From assembly GCA_031409655.1 (NCBI GenBank), contig JANNXQ010000187.1, positions 32,001 through 96,000 on the forward strand: a stretch of DNA of 64,000 nt. Direction: 5' to 3'. Positions 50,301 through 60,384 of the stretch are shown one piece after another. The notes beneath the pieces were generated by a model. That model was given only the letters and a program-made list of their open reading frames with translations, searched no databases and had not been told where the DNA came from. The first letter of the stretch is position 1. Every line of letters starts with the position of its first letter. The stretch is from Chthoniobacteraceae bacterium (lineage in GTDB: Bacteria; Verrucomicrobiota; Verrucomicrobiia; Chthoniobacterales; Chthoniobacteraceae). The translations under genes were made by a program, and so were the position numbers.

Positions 50301-53300
50301 TGCCATTCGCCGGACTGCTCACACTGAAGCGCATCTGCGAAGCGGGCGTGCTGTCGTCGGTCACGTAGTTGCGGAGATCGATATCGACCGCGTTCTCGCC
50401 TACGAGCGTCGCGTTGCCATTGCTGGCCGCGGGCGGATCGCTGAGCGCGGCAATGTTCCAGGTATTCAGCGGCACGATCGCGGGCGGCGTGAGCGGCGGA
50501 AGTTCGCCCGCGGCGAGCGGCACGAACCACACGGCGAGCGTCGTATTCGTGACGCCAGTGAGGGCGATCGCGAGTTTCTTGTGGCCGGTGTTCGCGTTCT
50601 GTCCGGCGGGATTCGGCGACGTCGGCAGCGGCACGGCGTCCATGATCTGGAAAGTGCCGGCGCTGCTGAGGATCTTGCACCAGAGCCGCTCGGCACCCTG
50701 CGTCATGGTCGCGGAGGTGCCGTCGGGATCGATCACCACGGTGGTCGTCGGAGAGGTGAAGTGCGCAAACCACCAGACCGTTTTCCCCGAGCCGGCGACG
50801 ATCTCATCCTGCACCAGCACCTCGTCGCGCGCACCGAAGAGCCGCGTGCCGCGCCAGACGCGCGACATGCCGCTGTGGACCGGCGTGAGATCGTGGATCG
50901 CAAAGGAGCCGCTCCCATTCGGCTCGGACTGAAACGCGACGAGCGGCGCGACGGCGTTGAGCACCATGTCGTTCGCCGCGCCGGGATTGATGACGAGGGT
51001 GTTCTGCCCCTCGGCTCGCATCCGATAGTAGTCCCAGCGATCCGTGCCGCTCGGATTCGGGGTGCTGCTGAAGTAATTGGCGAGCGCGTAGTTGTCGCCG
51101 CCGAGATCGTGGAACCAGCGCTTGCCGAGCGCATCGAGCACGAAGGTGCCCGCGTCGAGATTCCCGTGATCCGCGCCCATCTCACCGCCCTTGCAGCCGA
51201 TGAAAGTCGTGCGCGTGTCATTCCACTTTCCGCGCAGCGTCACCATCTCCTGGGGGAGAAATGCGGTCGTCGCTTCGCCGTGAAAACCTTTGTCCGGCGT
51301 CGCGCCGCTGCCCGCGAGCGAAGTCGCGCTGTCCGCCCACCACAATGCGCTGAGCGTGCTGCCGCCGCCCTGGTTTTCCCACCACGCATAGACCGGCTGG
51401 CCGAAGCGCCGTGCGAGCCAGAAAAATTCCGGCCCGCGCCGCGCCCCGCCCGCACCGGCGTCGGCGTAGTTGAAGATCACATTCGATGGCCCCGCGCTGT
51501 GGATCGCCGCCCAGCCGCTGTCCGCGAAGTTGCGCGTCGCGCTGAGCCCGAAGTCGCTGCCAAGCACCCACTCGAGTCCGGTCATCATGCGCATCGCATA
51601 CTCCATCGTGTAGCCCCAGTAGCCGGGGCCTTCGTACCAGTTGCCGTTGTCGGTCGTGAAGTGGGCCAGCACCGGGCGCGCGGAGTTGAGCGCGCGATTG
51701 AGGATGTTCTCGACGAGCGCTTCGCTCTCGGTGCCCAGGGCGAGCGCGCCGAGCGTGAGGCCGCCGTTGCAGACGGCGTTCCAATTGTTCGCGTTGATCT
51801 CCGACCACCACGCACCGCCCGTGTACTGGCTGAGGCCGACGTTCAGACCTTTGTTGATCAGCGCGGTGCGGATCGTCGTGCGCCGCGCGGGCGTCCAGTA
51901 GTTGTAAAACCAGTCGTAGCCGATCGCGAAGGCGTGCGTCATTTCCGCCGTGTCGAGGAAGTGCGCGGGATGCCAGTCGGGGAACGCGGCCGCGGCGTCG
52001 AGTTCGGTCCACGCACGCTCGGCATACTGCGCGTCACCGGTGAGCCACCACGCGAGGCCGAGCTGGTACATGCGATCTTTCACCGAGCGAGACTGCGAGA
52101 GGATCGTGCCGCGCACGTCGGGCGTGTAGGTGTTCACCGGCAGCGTGAGGGTGTTGTCCGCGGAGTTGATCGCATTCTGCGCCCACGTCTTCGGCTTCGA
52201 GGATGTCGCGCCAAGCCACTGCGCGCGCAGCCCCGCAAAGCGCTCCGCCGTGGAGAAAATGCGCGGATGCTCCTGCGCCATGGTGTCGAGCAGCGCCGCC
52301 TGCGCGGGCTGCGCCGTGGTGATGCCCGGCTGCAAGAGCGCGCTCCCCGGGATGACGCTGAAGGCCGCATCGCCGGGCCGCATCCAGCCGACGCTCCAGT
52401 GATCCGCGCCGGTGTCTTCCTTGTGCAGCAGCTCCACGTAGTAGCGCTGGCCCTGCACGAGCGCGCGCGGTGCGGAGGGCGCCGCCCACTGGCGGAAAGT
52501 GGTCGCGCTCGTGGTGCTCGCGATCAGCGTCTTGCTCGCCGCCGTCGCGTTGGTGCTGAGGAAAAGCTGCACCGCATCATTCCCACTCACCGCAAAGGTG
52601 TAACTCCCCGTCACCGCCGGCACGATGAACCCCGTCACCCGCGTGCCGTAGCTGTCCGCCCAATCCTGCGCGAGACACTCAAAGCTCGTGATGAACTCCC
52701 GCCCGCTCGGCTTCGCCGGATAGTTCGCATTCCCGGTGAGCGTCGCGATCGAGCCGCCCGCGAGCCCGCTCCAGTGCTCCTTCAAAAGAGATCCACCCGC
52801 GCGATCCACCCGCGCCGGATAAAGCCGCGTCACTGGGATCACCTCCCGCGCCCGCGACGCCGCGGACCACTCCAGCCGCACCGACGCCCCACCCGCCTGC
52901 TCGATGTACTCGAGCCGCACATTCACCCGCTGCCCCGCCCCGAGCCGCGCCTGCCCGCGCATCTCCCCCGCACCGGCCTGGAAAAAGGTGCGCAGTGTCA
53001 CGAGTTGATCGTCCACCCACAGTCGCGCTCCATCGTCCGCCGTGACGTAGAAAATGTACAGCTCCGAAAACTCCGGCTCGATCTGCCCCGTCCACGCCAC
53101 GGAGAACGTATCCGCACCGGTGATCGTCGTCCCGCTGGGAATCGCCGTGCCCCAGGCGAAATCCACCTCCGCATCCGTGCGCGTCGTCTTCAGCGTCCCG
53201 AAGCTCGCCGTGTCGTAGTACTGCCCCGTGAGCCCGGTACCCACGGCAAACGCCCCGACCTCCAGAGCCAGGACCACAACGAACGCGCAAGCCCATACCG

Positions 53301-53349
53301 GCCATAAGGTGAAGCGAGCCGGAGCGGCGTGAAGGTGGGAGGAATGCAT
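47392..53349 (-). CDS. Giant secreted polysaccharide lyase-like protein (2x PA14, heparinase II/III-like, Ig, LamG, beta-strand repeats)
   Basis: PA14 (FSVAWTGQI, ADDGARLWVD); HPRIF, HFLDTAEM, NNWN, EGPGYW.Y, HGNLDAGTF; LamG FDGQLDEL. Confidence 0.85.
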   Translation of the reverse strand: MHSSHLHAAPARFTLWPVWACAFVVVLALEVGAFAVGTGLTGQYYDTASFGTLKTTRTDAEVDFAWGTAIPSGTTITGADTFSVAWTGQIEPEFSELYIFYVTADDGARLWVDDQLVTLRTFFQAGAGEMRGQARLGAGQRVNVRLEYIEQAGGASVRLEWSAASRAREVIPVTRLYPARVDRAGGSLLKEHWSGLAGGSIATLTGNANYPAKPSGREFITSFECLAQDWADSYGTRVTGFIVPAVTGSYTFAVSGNDAVQLFLSTNATAASKTLIASTTSATTFRQWAAPSAPRALVQGQRYYVELLHKEDTGADHWSVGWMRPGDAAFSVIPGSALLQPGITTAQPAQAALLDTMAQEHPRIFSTAERFAGLRAQWLGATSSKPKTWAQNAINSADNTLTLPVNTYTPDVRGTILSQSRSVKDRMYQLGLAWWLTGDAQYAERAWTELDAAAAFPDWHPAHFLDTAEMTHAFAIGYDWFYNYWTPARRTTIRTALINKGLNVGLSQYTGGAWWSEINANNWNAVCNGGLTLGALALGTESEALVENILNRALNSARPVLAHFTTDNGNWYEGPGYWGYTMEYAMRMMTGLEWVLGSDFGLSATRNFADSGWAAIHSAGPSNVIFNYADAGAGGARRGPEFFWLARRFGQPVYAWWENQGGGSTLSALWWADSATSLAGSGATPDKGFHGEATTAFLPQEMVTLRGKWNDTRTTFIGCKGGEMGADHGNLDAGTFVLDALGKRWFHDLGGDNYALANYFSSTPNPSGTDRWDYYRMRAEGQNTLVINPGAANDMVLNAVAPLVAFQSEPNGSGSFAIHDLTPVHSGMSRVWRGTRLFGARDEVLVQDEIVAGSGKTVWWFAHFTSPTTTVVIDPDGTSATMTQGAERLWCKILSSAGTFQIMDAVPLPTSPNPAGQNANTGHKKLAIALTGVTNTTLAVWFVPLAAGELPPLTPPAIVPLNTWNIAALSDPPAASNGNATLVGENAVDIDLRNYVTDDSTPASQMRFSVSSPANGTVILLPDGHTARFTPTPGYSGLPAFQFTATDTTPDPRAVVAYDFELPDATVASEISDASDHGRSGTLDAIGTGTATLVSDVPAALGRAGRALDLAENGGANAARLSRTISTAELNFNTSDWTIAGWFKRRDAGSDDMIFHLNAGDGFGTAEEFYLFARGANQLTLHHYPGPDVDFTVSTVPPGAWRHFAVVRSGTVLSVYLDGVLVGSDNSFALATNQTAPLIFGGHTDITAAFVPRWFDGQLDELAVFSDDLSATEIGNLAGGMTVRHFGGLSAMGTITLSASPATYTWTNASNGAQTWSTNTNWSGNTPPASSRGSTLQFFTGQTITGSTVAANNNLAANFQINTLALGGTSTAATNVTIGGNALQLLNNGALNPSVALTATNSTITYDVTTPIMLGADTTFTATNSGRFLFSGDLSGPGGITRTSSSSTLILSGINTYTGDTTIAAGTLQIGNDGATGTLGAGDVTVDGTLRFDRTGTLTVANNIGGSGGVMIDCPISAGTVVFTGNNSFAGIVNVVSGALRITSAAALGEGAKTIKVNNGTNGNPQLRLDGSSADIELPPEFTFQTSNNSAGAIINEAGDNSIAGNISLTGGGGDTGIVVAAGALTISGDIAPITTSRNLRLRGAGIGVVTGSISDYAPGTALVSIAKSESGTWSLNGPVTHTGSINVTAGTLLVNGSVTGASSVAANLGTTFGGAGTLSCLAVINGNHAPGNATAGTQVFASSVSYGSASHLQWELVTNSAAANDFDQVSAATVNMTNGARLDLFLNRPGSTVDFTDAFWSANRTWPAVIAPSIAGTFTLGTLTADSTGRSASGWGAFSLQHTGTAVNLVWTAASAWQQWQALNFGANWSNATIAGPNANPDRDALTNFAEFALHGEPNVPGVFPINCVKNGASLEFTYFRNVAAVASSTFIVEWSDTLAAGSWSVAGVSQSPIGTAGGVEEMKATLPAGPNAQRYVRLRITSP

Positions 53350-53509
53350 AAAGTCGGGTGGAAGCCGCCCAAGTCTCAGCCAGGGGCCGCTGACCATGCC
53401 TCAAAACCTGCCGCGCGGCAACGCTGGAAGCCGCGGCACTGTTCCTTGCCGCCGCCCGCTGAACCCGCTAACCTTTGACTCGCCTTCTGCACATTCTTCC
53501 CCCCTCCCG

Positions 53510-56500
53510 ATGAAACCCTCCCGCACCGCACTTTTCGTCTTCGTGGCCCTCGCGGCCATCGCCGCCACGCTGCTCTGGCCTAGGCCAGCACCGCAGCCGC
53601 GCGGTGCAGCCGCGAGCACCCCGGCTCCGGCGCCGGTCGCTGCGCCGGAAGTGGCGAAACCCTCGACGCCGGCCACTCCGGGCCTCGCCGCGGTCCTGCC
53701 CGCGCCGAATCCGCAACCCGTCGCCGTCGTTCCCGCGCCCACCCCCGCCGCACCGGCCGCCGAAACGATCCGCCAGCTCCGCCAGGACATCCGCTGGCAG
53801 GCGCCAATGCCGGAGCCGGTCTTTGCGCAGTTCCGCGATTGGACCCAGCGCTTCGCCGCAGCCCAGGCCCCGGAGGTGCAGGCCGAGCTTCTCCCCGAAG
53901 GTCTCGCGATCGTCGAGGAACGCCGGAACGTGATGGCCGATCTGATCGATCAAAATCCGCGTCGCGCGCTGGAACTCGCGGTGCCGGCAGCGGTCCGGCG
54001 GACTTTGCCCGCGGACATCGTCGCGCAGCTCGAGGAGCCCGTCGCGGGTCGCGGAGATTTGTGGGTCGCAGCGGCGTTGCCGATGCCGGGCCAGGAGCTG
54101 CGCGTGCGCCCTGTCCAGCGGACGGTGGAGATGAAAGACGGGCGGAAATTTGACGCCTTCACCTTTGGCCAGCGCGATTTCGTCCAGACGAAGATGGGCA
54201 TCGCCGTGCAGGGCATCGCACTCGACGGGAAGCTCGCGCTGACGGAACTGCCGGGCCGCGTGCTGGAGCCGGTGGAAGTGCAGGAACTCCACGCGGCCAG
54301 CGGCGCGACGCCGATCTGCCCGACTTCGGGCGAAGTGACTGCCGGACAGTCTGATGAGGTCGTCGTCGATTGGGATGGCAAGGAGCACACTTTTTTCTGC
54401 GGCCCGCAGCACGCGCTCGATTCCCTGATCGCGGCGTCCGGCCTGGAAGCGATGGCGGGCGGCGACGGCGGCGGCGGGCCAGGGGCGCAGAGTGGCGCGA
54501 CGGAAGGCGTGAAGAAGCTGCTCATCATCCGCGTGGATTTTCCCGACCAGCCGGGCCAGGTCGTGAGCGACGCGACGCTGACCACTTTGATCGGGAATTT
54601 CGTCACCCACTGGGCGGAGATGTCGAATGGCAAGATGAGCTGGACGGCGCTCGGCGCGGGCTCGGATTTCACGCCGACGCTGCGGCTGCCGCTCGGCCAC
54701 GCGAACTACACCGGACTCGGCGCGATGCTCGCCGCGGCGCGCACGGCCGCCACGGCGGCGGGGTTCAATTACACGAACTACACCCACGATGTCGTGGTCA
54801 CCGGCGACAAGCCGGACGTGGGCTTCGGCGGCGTCGCCTACGTCGGCGGGCGCGGCGCGTGGCTCGCCAATGGCCAGTGGAATCTCGGCGTGGGCAGCCA
54901 CGAAGTCGGCCACAACTTCGGCCTCAATCACGCCGGGTTTTGGGACACCACCGATGGCACGACGATCGGCGCGGGTGCCGCGGTAGAATATGGAAATCCT
55001 TTCGATCAAATGGGCGGCGCGAGCAGCTCGATGGACGCCCACTTTGGCGCCCGCCAGAAGAACTACCTGGACTGGCTCGTCGATGCCGACGTGGTGAAGA
55101 TCACGGCGAATGGCACAACGACGACGCGCATCCGCGCGTGCGATCGTTCGGTGGCCACGAGTGACAAGGCCATCGCCGTGGATCGCACCGGTACTGCGTT
55201 TGACTACTGGATCGAGTACCGCCAGGACTACGCCGACACGAACCTCTGGGCGCGCGACGGCGTCTTCCTGAATTGGGGCGACGTGACGATCAACAACGGC
55301 AAGCCGCTGCTCCTCGACATCACCCCGGCGACGAGTTCCAAGGACGACTCCCCGCTGCTCATCGGGAGCACTTTTTCCGACACCGCGGCCGGCATCCACA
55401 TCACGCCGATCCTGCGCGGGGCGGACGTGGACGGCACGACGTGGGTGGATGTGACGGTGAATCGCGGAACCTTCCCCGGCAACCGCAAGCCGACGGTGAC
55501 GATGTCGGCAACAAACTTGAATCCGGCGATCGGCGACAACGTTACCTTCACCGCTACCGCGACCGATCCCGACGGCAATCCGCTGGCCTACGGTTGGGAT
55601 TGGGGGGATGGGACTTTCACCGCGAACAATCTCCCAACGGCGACGAAAAAATGGAGCACCGCCGGGACGCGCACGGTGCGCTGCCGGGTGAGTGACATGA
55701 AAGGCCTGGTGGCCACGGGACAAGTGCTGATCCAGGTCGGCACGAGCACCACCTTCTTCATCCAGGGCACCGTGACGACCACGGCTGGCGTGCTCGTGGA
55801 AAACGCGGTGGTGCGCGCTGACTCGACGCATAGCGACACCACGGACACCGAAGGCTACTACGCGATCACCGGGCTGAATGCGGGCAGCTACACCCTCACC
55901 GCGACGAAGACGGGCCTCTCGATCAATGCGGGCAACTTCACCAATCCCGCGGTGGTCGGGCCGAACAAGCTAAACGTGAACTTCACCGCGCCGCCGGGGT
56001 CGCCGTACTTTTCCACGATGAAGGCGGGGCTGCTCGATCAGGGATCAAACACCGGCGCCGTGATCGTGCCGGTGAGCGACGCCGACACCCCGATCGCGAA
56101 CCTCACCCTGACCGGCACTTCGTCGAATCCGGCGATCATCCCCGACGCCAGCATCACCTTCCTCACCGTGGGCTCGACGGTCCGCACGGTCACGGCGGCC
56201 GCCGCTTCGACGGTCGCTGGCGCCCTAAATCTCACCATCACCGCGACCGATCCCGAGGGCGGCACGAACAGCTACGTCTGGCCGGTGACGGTGAATGCGA
56301 AACCCGTGCTCGCGGTGACCACACAGACCACACCGGAGAATACCCCGATCGACATCGATCTGCGCCCTTTCGTGACCGACGTCACCCCCGATGACAAGAT
56401 CGGCTTCGAGTTGCAGCGCGTCCGCGATGGCACCGTGACGCTCCTGCCGGATGGCTACACGGCGCGCTTCACGCCCGCGGCGAACTACCATGGCGCCGCC

Positions 56501-59209
56501 TCCTTCTGGCTCACCGCGCGCGACCTCTCCCTCGGCACGCGCGTGCTCTTTCTCTACGATTTCGATCTGCCGGATGTCGCGACGGACGCGAAGAGCACCG
56601 ACCAGTCGAACTTCAACCGAACCGGCACGCTGGAGGTCGCCGGCGTCGGCGGCGAGTATGCCTACACAGCGGACGTGCCGGCCGCGCTCGCGCCCTGGAG
56701 CACGCAATCGCTGAGCGTCAGCGAAGCCGGCACCGGGGCCGCGCGCCTCCGCCGCACGCTCGCCGCCACCGACCAAAACTACAATGACGCGGACTGGTCC
56801 TTCTCGACCTGGGTGAAGCGCTCGACTCGCGATACCGAAGATTTCATCCTGCACCTCGGCAGCGGCGACGGCCACGGCACCGAAGCGGAACTGGAGCTCT
56901 TTTTCCCCGCCAATAGCGACACCCTGCGGCTCCAGAAATGGGGCTCGGCTGGATTGGAGAAAGAGATCGTCGGTCCAAACGTACTGATCGGCGCCTGGCA
57001 TCACCTCTGCCTCGTGTATGACCGCACTGGGACGAACGTCGGCACGTTCACCCTCTATGTGGATGGCTTCGTCGCGGGCACCGTGGCCTCGGTGACGATG
57101 GACGTGAGCCAGTCGGCCTCGCTCATGGCTGGTGGACACAACAGCACGACGGCGAGCCTCGATCGCTGGTTCGACGGGAAGCTCGAAGACGTGCTTTTCC
57201 AAAGCGGACTCAATGGCCGCAGTGAGGTCTGGGGGCTCAGTCATTTCAATGCGCGGCACTACAACGGCCTCAGTGCGACCGCGACCGTGAACGTCACCGT
57301 GACCGGCGCGAATCAAGCGCCGACGGTCACCGATCTTCCGGACCTGCAACTGCCGGTCAGCGGGGTCTCCGCACCGCTCGCCTTCACCGTGGCCGATCCG
57401 GAGACGGAGGCGCGCAGTCTGTCGGTCGTGGTCACATCCTTAAATCAAGCGGTGCTGCCGGCCACGGGAATCGCCCTCACGCCGGTGCCAGCGGCGTGGA
57501 CCAGCGGCGACATCGGCGCCGTCGGCACGGCGGGTTCGCACACGGAAGATCACGGGACCTTCATCGTCGCCGGATCTGGCGCCGACATTGGCGGGACGCT
57601 GGATGAGTTCCGCTATGTCCGCCAGGACATCAGCGGCGATTCCACGATCTCGGCGCGCGTCGTGAGCATGGACTTCTCGAATGAAAACGCGAAAGCCGGC
57701 GTGATGCTCCGCTCGTCGAGCGCGGCCAATGCGGCCTTCGCGCTCGCCTGTGTGACGCCGGCCAATGGCGTGACTTTCCTCTACCGCGCGGCCGATGGCG
57801 GCACGGCAGTGGTCAACGGCACCGTGAATTTTGTCGCGGCGCCCTGCTGGCTTTCGTTGGTGCGCGTCGGCGGAAATTGCACGGCCTACTACGCCACGGA
57901 TACAAATGGCGTGCGCGGGCCGTGGACGGTGATCGGCACCACGCAGGCCGTGACCTTTGGAGCGGCCCCAAACCTGAGCGGACTCGCAGTGACGAGCCGC
58001 ATGGACGCGATGAATTGCACGGCGGTCTTCGATCGCCTGGCGGGCACGGTGAAACTCGGCGGCGAACGCACCGTCACGCTCACGCCCGCGTCAGGCGTCT
58101 CCGGTTCGACCCTCGTCACCCTTGGGGCTGTCGATGGCGCGCTCGCCGGCACGGACACTTTCACCCTGCTGGTTGGGCCAAACAGCGCGCCGACGATCTC
58201 CGCCGTAACCAACGTGGTGAGCACAGACGGTGCGGCGATCGCGTCCTTCAATGTGACGCTCAGCGATGTCCACTCGGCAGCGACAGCGCTCACGCTGACG
58301 GCGGCGTCTTCGAATTTACTACTCCTGCCGGCGAGCCGGATCGCCATCACCGGCTCCGGCGCGGCGCGGACGATCACGCTCACGCCGATCCCGAGCGAGA
58401 CGGGCACGGCCACGGTCACGCTGAGTTCCAGCGATGGCAGCCTCACGGGCACCCGCACCTTCACTGTCACGGTGAATGCAGGCGATCCGACCTTCACCGT
58501 GCGCAGCGGTGCGAACTGGCGCTACCACGCCACCGGCGCGAGCCCCGGCGCAACGTGGTTTTCGACGGCCTTCAATGACAGCGCGTGGCTGACCGCGCCC
58601 GCGCAACTCGGCTACGGCGATGGCGACGAAGGCACGGTGATCCCGGGCGGCCCGACCGGCGCGCGTTTCATCACCACGTATTTCCGCCGCACCTTCCTGA
58701 TCGCGAATGCCTCGCAGATCGGCCAAGCCGCGATCCGGCTGCTCTGCGACGACGGCGCGCTGGTCTTCCTGAATGGTCAGGAACTCGCGCGCGTGAATCT
58801 GACCACCGGCGGCATCGGCAATGGCACGCCAGCCACGACCGATGTCGCTGGGGCGAATGAGAACGCGTGGCAAGTCTTCCGCTTTGATCCGGCGAAGCTC
58901 GTCACCGGCACGAATACCTTCGCCGTCGAGGTCCATCAATCCAGCGCCACGAGCGACGACGTGAGCTTTGATCTGCAACTGCTCGCCTACGCCCGCACCG
59001 CCATCCCGCAGCTCACGCTCACCCCCCAAGCGAGCAACCTGAACATCCTCTGGCCAAACTGGGCGACCACCTGGGAGCTCAAGTCTTCGGTCGATCTGCA
59101 AAGTTGGCCCGCCGTGAGCGGCACACCCACCGATAACGGCTCAGGCCAATTCCAGCTCACGGTGCCGATGGGCGCCGCGCCGAAATACTACCGGCTCGAA
59201 GCGCCGTAA
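53510..59209 (+). CDS. Giant secreted metzincin-type metallopeptidase (PKD, Ig, LamG and jelly-roll domains)
   Basis: HEVGHNFGLNH zinc motif with EYG.PFD.MG Met-turn; WDWGDG PKD motif; C-terminal KYYRL. Confidence 0.88.
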   Translation: MKPSRTALFVFVALAAIAATLLWPRPAPQPRGAAASTPAPAPVAAPEVAKPSTPATPGLAAVLPAPNPQPVAVVPAPTPAAPAAETIRQLRQDIRWQAPMPEPVFAQFRDWTQRFAAAQAPEVQAELLPEGLAIVEERRNVMADLIDQNPRRALELAVPAAVRRTLPADIVAQLEEPVAGRGDLWVAAALPMPGQELRVRPVQRTVEMKDGRKFDAFTFGQRDFVQTKMGIAVQGIALDGKLALTELPGRVLEPVEVQELHAASGATPICPTSGEVTAGQSDEVVVDWDGKEHTFFCGPQHALDSLIAASGLEAMAGGDGGGGPGAQSGATEGVKKLLIIRVDFPDQPGQVVSDATLTTLIGNFVTHWAEMSNGKMSWTALGAGSDFTPTLRLPLGHANYTGLGAMLAAARTAATAAGFNYTNYTHDVVVTGDKPDVGFGGVAYVGGRGAWLANGQWNLGVGSHEVGHNFGLNHAGFWDTTDGTTIGAGAAVEYGNPFDQMGGASSSMDAHFGARQKNYLDWLVDADVVKITANGTTTTRIRACDRSVATSDKAIAVDRTGTAFDYWIEYRQDYADTNLWARDGVFLNWGDVTINNGKPLLLDITPATSSKDDSPLLIGSTFSDTAAGIHITPILRGADVDGTTWVDVTVNRGTFPGNRKPTVTMSATNLNPAIGDNVTFTATATDPDGNPLAYGWDWGDGTFTANNLPTATKKWSTAGTRTVRCRVSDMKGLVATGQVLIQVGTSTTFFIQGTVTTTAGVLVENAVVRADSTHSDTTDTEGYYAITGLNAGSYTLTATKTGLSINAGNFTNPAVVGPNKLNVNFTAPPGSPYFSTMKAGLLDQGSNTGAVIVPVSDADTPIANLTLTGTSSNPAIIPDASITFLTVGSTVRTVTAAAASTVAGALNLTITATDPEGGTNSYVWPVTVNAKPVLAVTTQTTPENTPIDIDLRPFVTDVTPDDKIGFELQRVRDGTVTLLPDGYTARFTPAANYHGAASFWLTARDLSLGTRVLFLYDFDLPDVATDAKSTDQSNFNRTGTLEVAGVGGEYAYTADVPAALAPWSTQSLSVSEAGTGAARLRRTLAATDQNYNDADWSFSTWVKRSTRDTEDFILHLGSGDGHGTEAELELFFPANSDTLRLQKWGSAGLEKEIVGPNVLIGAWHHLCLVYDRTGTNVGTFTLYVDGFVAGTVASVTMDVSQSASLMAGGHNSTTASLDRWFDGKLEDVLFQSGLNGRSEVWGLSHFNARHYNGLSATATVNVTVTGANQAPTVTDLPDLQLPVSGVSAPLAFTVADPETEARSLSVVVTSLNQAVLPATGIALTPVPAAWTSGDIGAVGTAGSHTEDHGTFIVAGSGADIGGTLDEFRYVRQDISGDSTISARVVSMDFSNENAKAGVMLRSSSAANAAFALACVTPANGVTFLYRAADGGTAVVNGTVNFVAAPCWLSLVRVGGNCTAYYATDTNGVRGPWTVIGTTQAVTFGAAPNLSGLAVTSRMDAMNCTAVFDRLAGTVKLGGERTVTLTPASGVSGSTLVTLGAVDGALAGTDTFTLLVGPNSAPTISAVTNVVSTDGAAIASFNVTLSDVHSAATALTLTAASSNLLLLPASRIAITGSGAARTITLTPIPSETGTATVTLSSSDGSLTGTRTFTVTVNAGDPTFTVRSGANWRYHATGASPGATWFSTAFNDSAWLTAPAQLGYGDGDEGTVIPGGPTGARFITTYFRRTFLIANASQIGQAAIRLLCDDGALVFLNGQELARVNLTTGGIGNGTPATTDVAGANENAWQVFRFDPAKLVTGTNTFAVEVHQSSATSDDVSFDLQLLAYARTAIPQLTLTPQASNLNILWPNWATTWELKSSVDLQSWPAVSGTPTDNGSGQFQLTVPMGAAPKYYRLEAP

Positions 59210-59343
59210 GCCCGGGAGCGCCGCCGGCCCGCGCGGGATCCTCCCCAATCGTGCAACGCACGCACCCTTCCTCAGTCTCGCAGAGGAATGGCGCTTCGCG
59301 CGGATCTTGAGGATTGCCGCACGGGACGGCGGCGCTCCCAGCG

Positions 59344-59751
59344 CTACACCTCGCTCAGCACCACCACGCCCTCCGCCACGATCCGCTCACCCACGCGCGC
59401 TTCCACGGCGAATTGCCACAGCCCGCCGACCACCGCGCCTTTGCGCGCGCGGAGTTCGATTACATCGTCCGGCCGTGCTGCGTCCGGAAATTTCATCCCG
59501 CGAATCGCCGCCAGCCGAAAGCCCCGTCCCGGCTGCCCGGCCGCGATCCCCGCAGTCTGCGCAAGCGCCTCGGTGAGGATGACGCCCGGCACCAGTGGAT
59601 CGCCGGGAAAATGGCCGCGGAAAAACGGTTCTTCGAGAGGAAACTTCTTCCCACAAATCGCCGATTCGCCCGGCACGATCGCCCGCACTTCATCCACGAA
59701 AATGAACGGCTCCCGATGCGGCAGCCCGAGCGCGACAGGATCCGCGGGCAT
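59344..59751 (-). CDS. FabZ/FabA-like hydroxyacyl-ACP dehydratase
   Basis: LPHREPFIFVD, FFRGHFPG.PLVPGVILTEALAQ. Confidence 0.88.
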   Translation of the reverse strand: MPADPVALGLPHREPFIFVDEVRAIVPGESAICGKKFPLEEPFFRGHFPGDPLVPGVILTEALAQTAGIAAGQPGRGFRLAAIRGMKFPDAARPDDVIELRARKGAVVGGLWQFAVEARVGERIVAEGVVVLSEV

Positions 59752-59754
59752 CTA

Positions 59755-60201
59755 TCAGTGCCCCGCTTCCGCCGGCACGAAGTAGGCAAATTTCCAGCTC
59801 CCCTTGATCGTCCGCAGCCCCGCGCGGTAGCCATTGTAGTTCGGGTCCGAGGCAAACTGCGGCGGTGCCACCATGTAGTTGTCCACCGGCACGAACTGCT
59901 CCTTCAGCACGGCGTCGAGCTCCGCCCAGACTCCCTTCTCATCCCAGTAGGTGAACACATTTTCCGTGGCCGGTGCCGCATCCCAGCGATAGCCGAAATC
60001 CGTCGCCATCATCGTGGTCAAGATGGGCAGATCTTTCTTCGACACGGCCGCCCGCAGCCGGCCCACGAAGGCCTGAAAACTCTGGTCCCCCGCCACGTCC
60101 TTGAGCGGCTTTTTTTCCTCTTCATCCTTCTTTTTGTACGGAGTCTCGCACCCGCTGAGCAGCAGCGCGGCGAGGAGGCAGGACAGCGGTCGGAGAATCA
60201 T
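59755..60201 (-). CDS. Hypothetical lipoprotein
   Basis: Lipobox LSGC; good codon bias. Confidence 0.8.
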   Translation of the reverse strand: MILRPLSCLLAALLLSGCETPYKKKDEEEKKPLKDVAGDQSFQAFVGRLRAAVSKKDLPILTTMMATDFGYRWDAAPATENVFTYWDEKGVWAELDAVLKEQFVPVDNYMVAPPQFASDPNYNGYRAGLRTIKGSWKFAYFVPAEAGH

Positions 60202-60384
60202 CGGCGCGAGCTTACGAACCGAACCCGCGATGGCCAGAGCTTTCTCGGCGGCGGGTCTATGCCGGCTCGTGCTCGTCCTCGTCCTCGAAATTTCGCGCTT
60301 CCATCGAGGACAGAACGAACCGCCGAGCTGGCCATAAATCTGTCTTCTGTCCGCTGTCCTCCGTCTTCTATCTTCCCGGCGTCC

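Noticed and set aside
50119..53307. 1062-aa + strand ORF and similar long ORFs (15450-17729, 30901-32769, 53468-55831, 1449-2843, 322-1911)
   Set aside because: Antisense shadows of well-supported genes, expected in high-GC DNA; no domain motifs.
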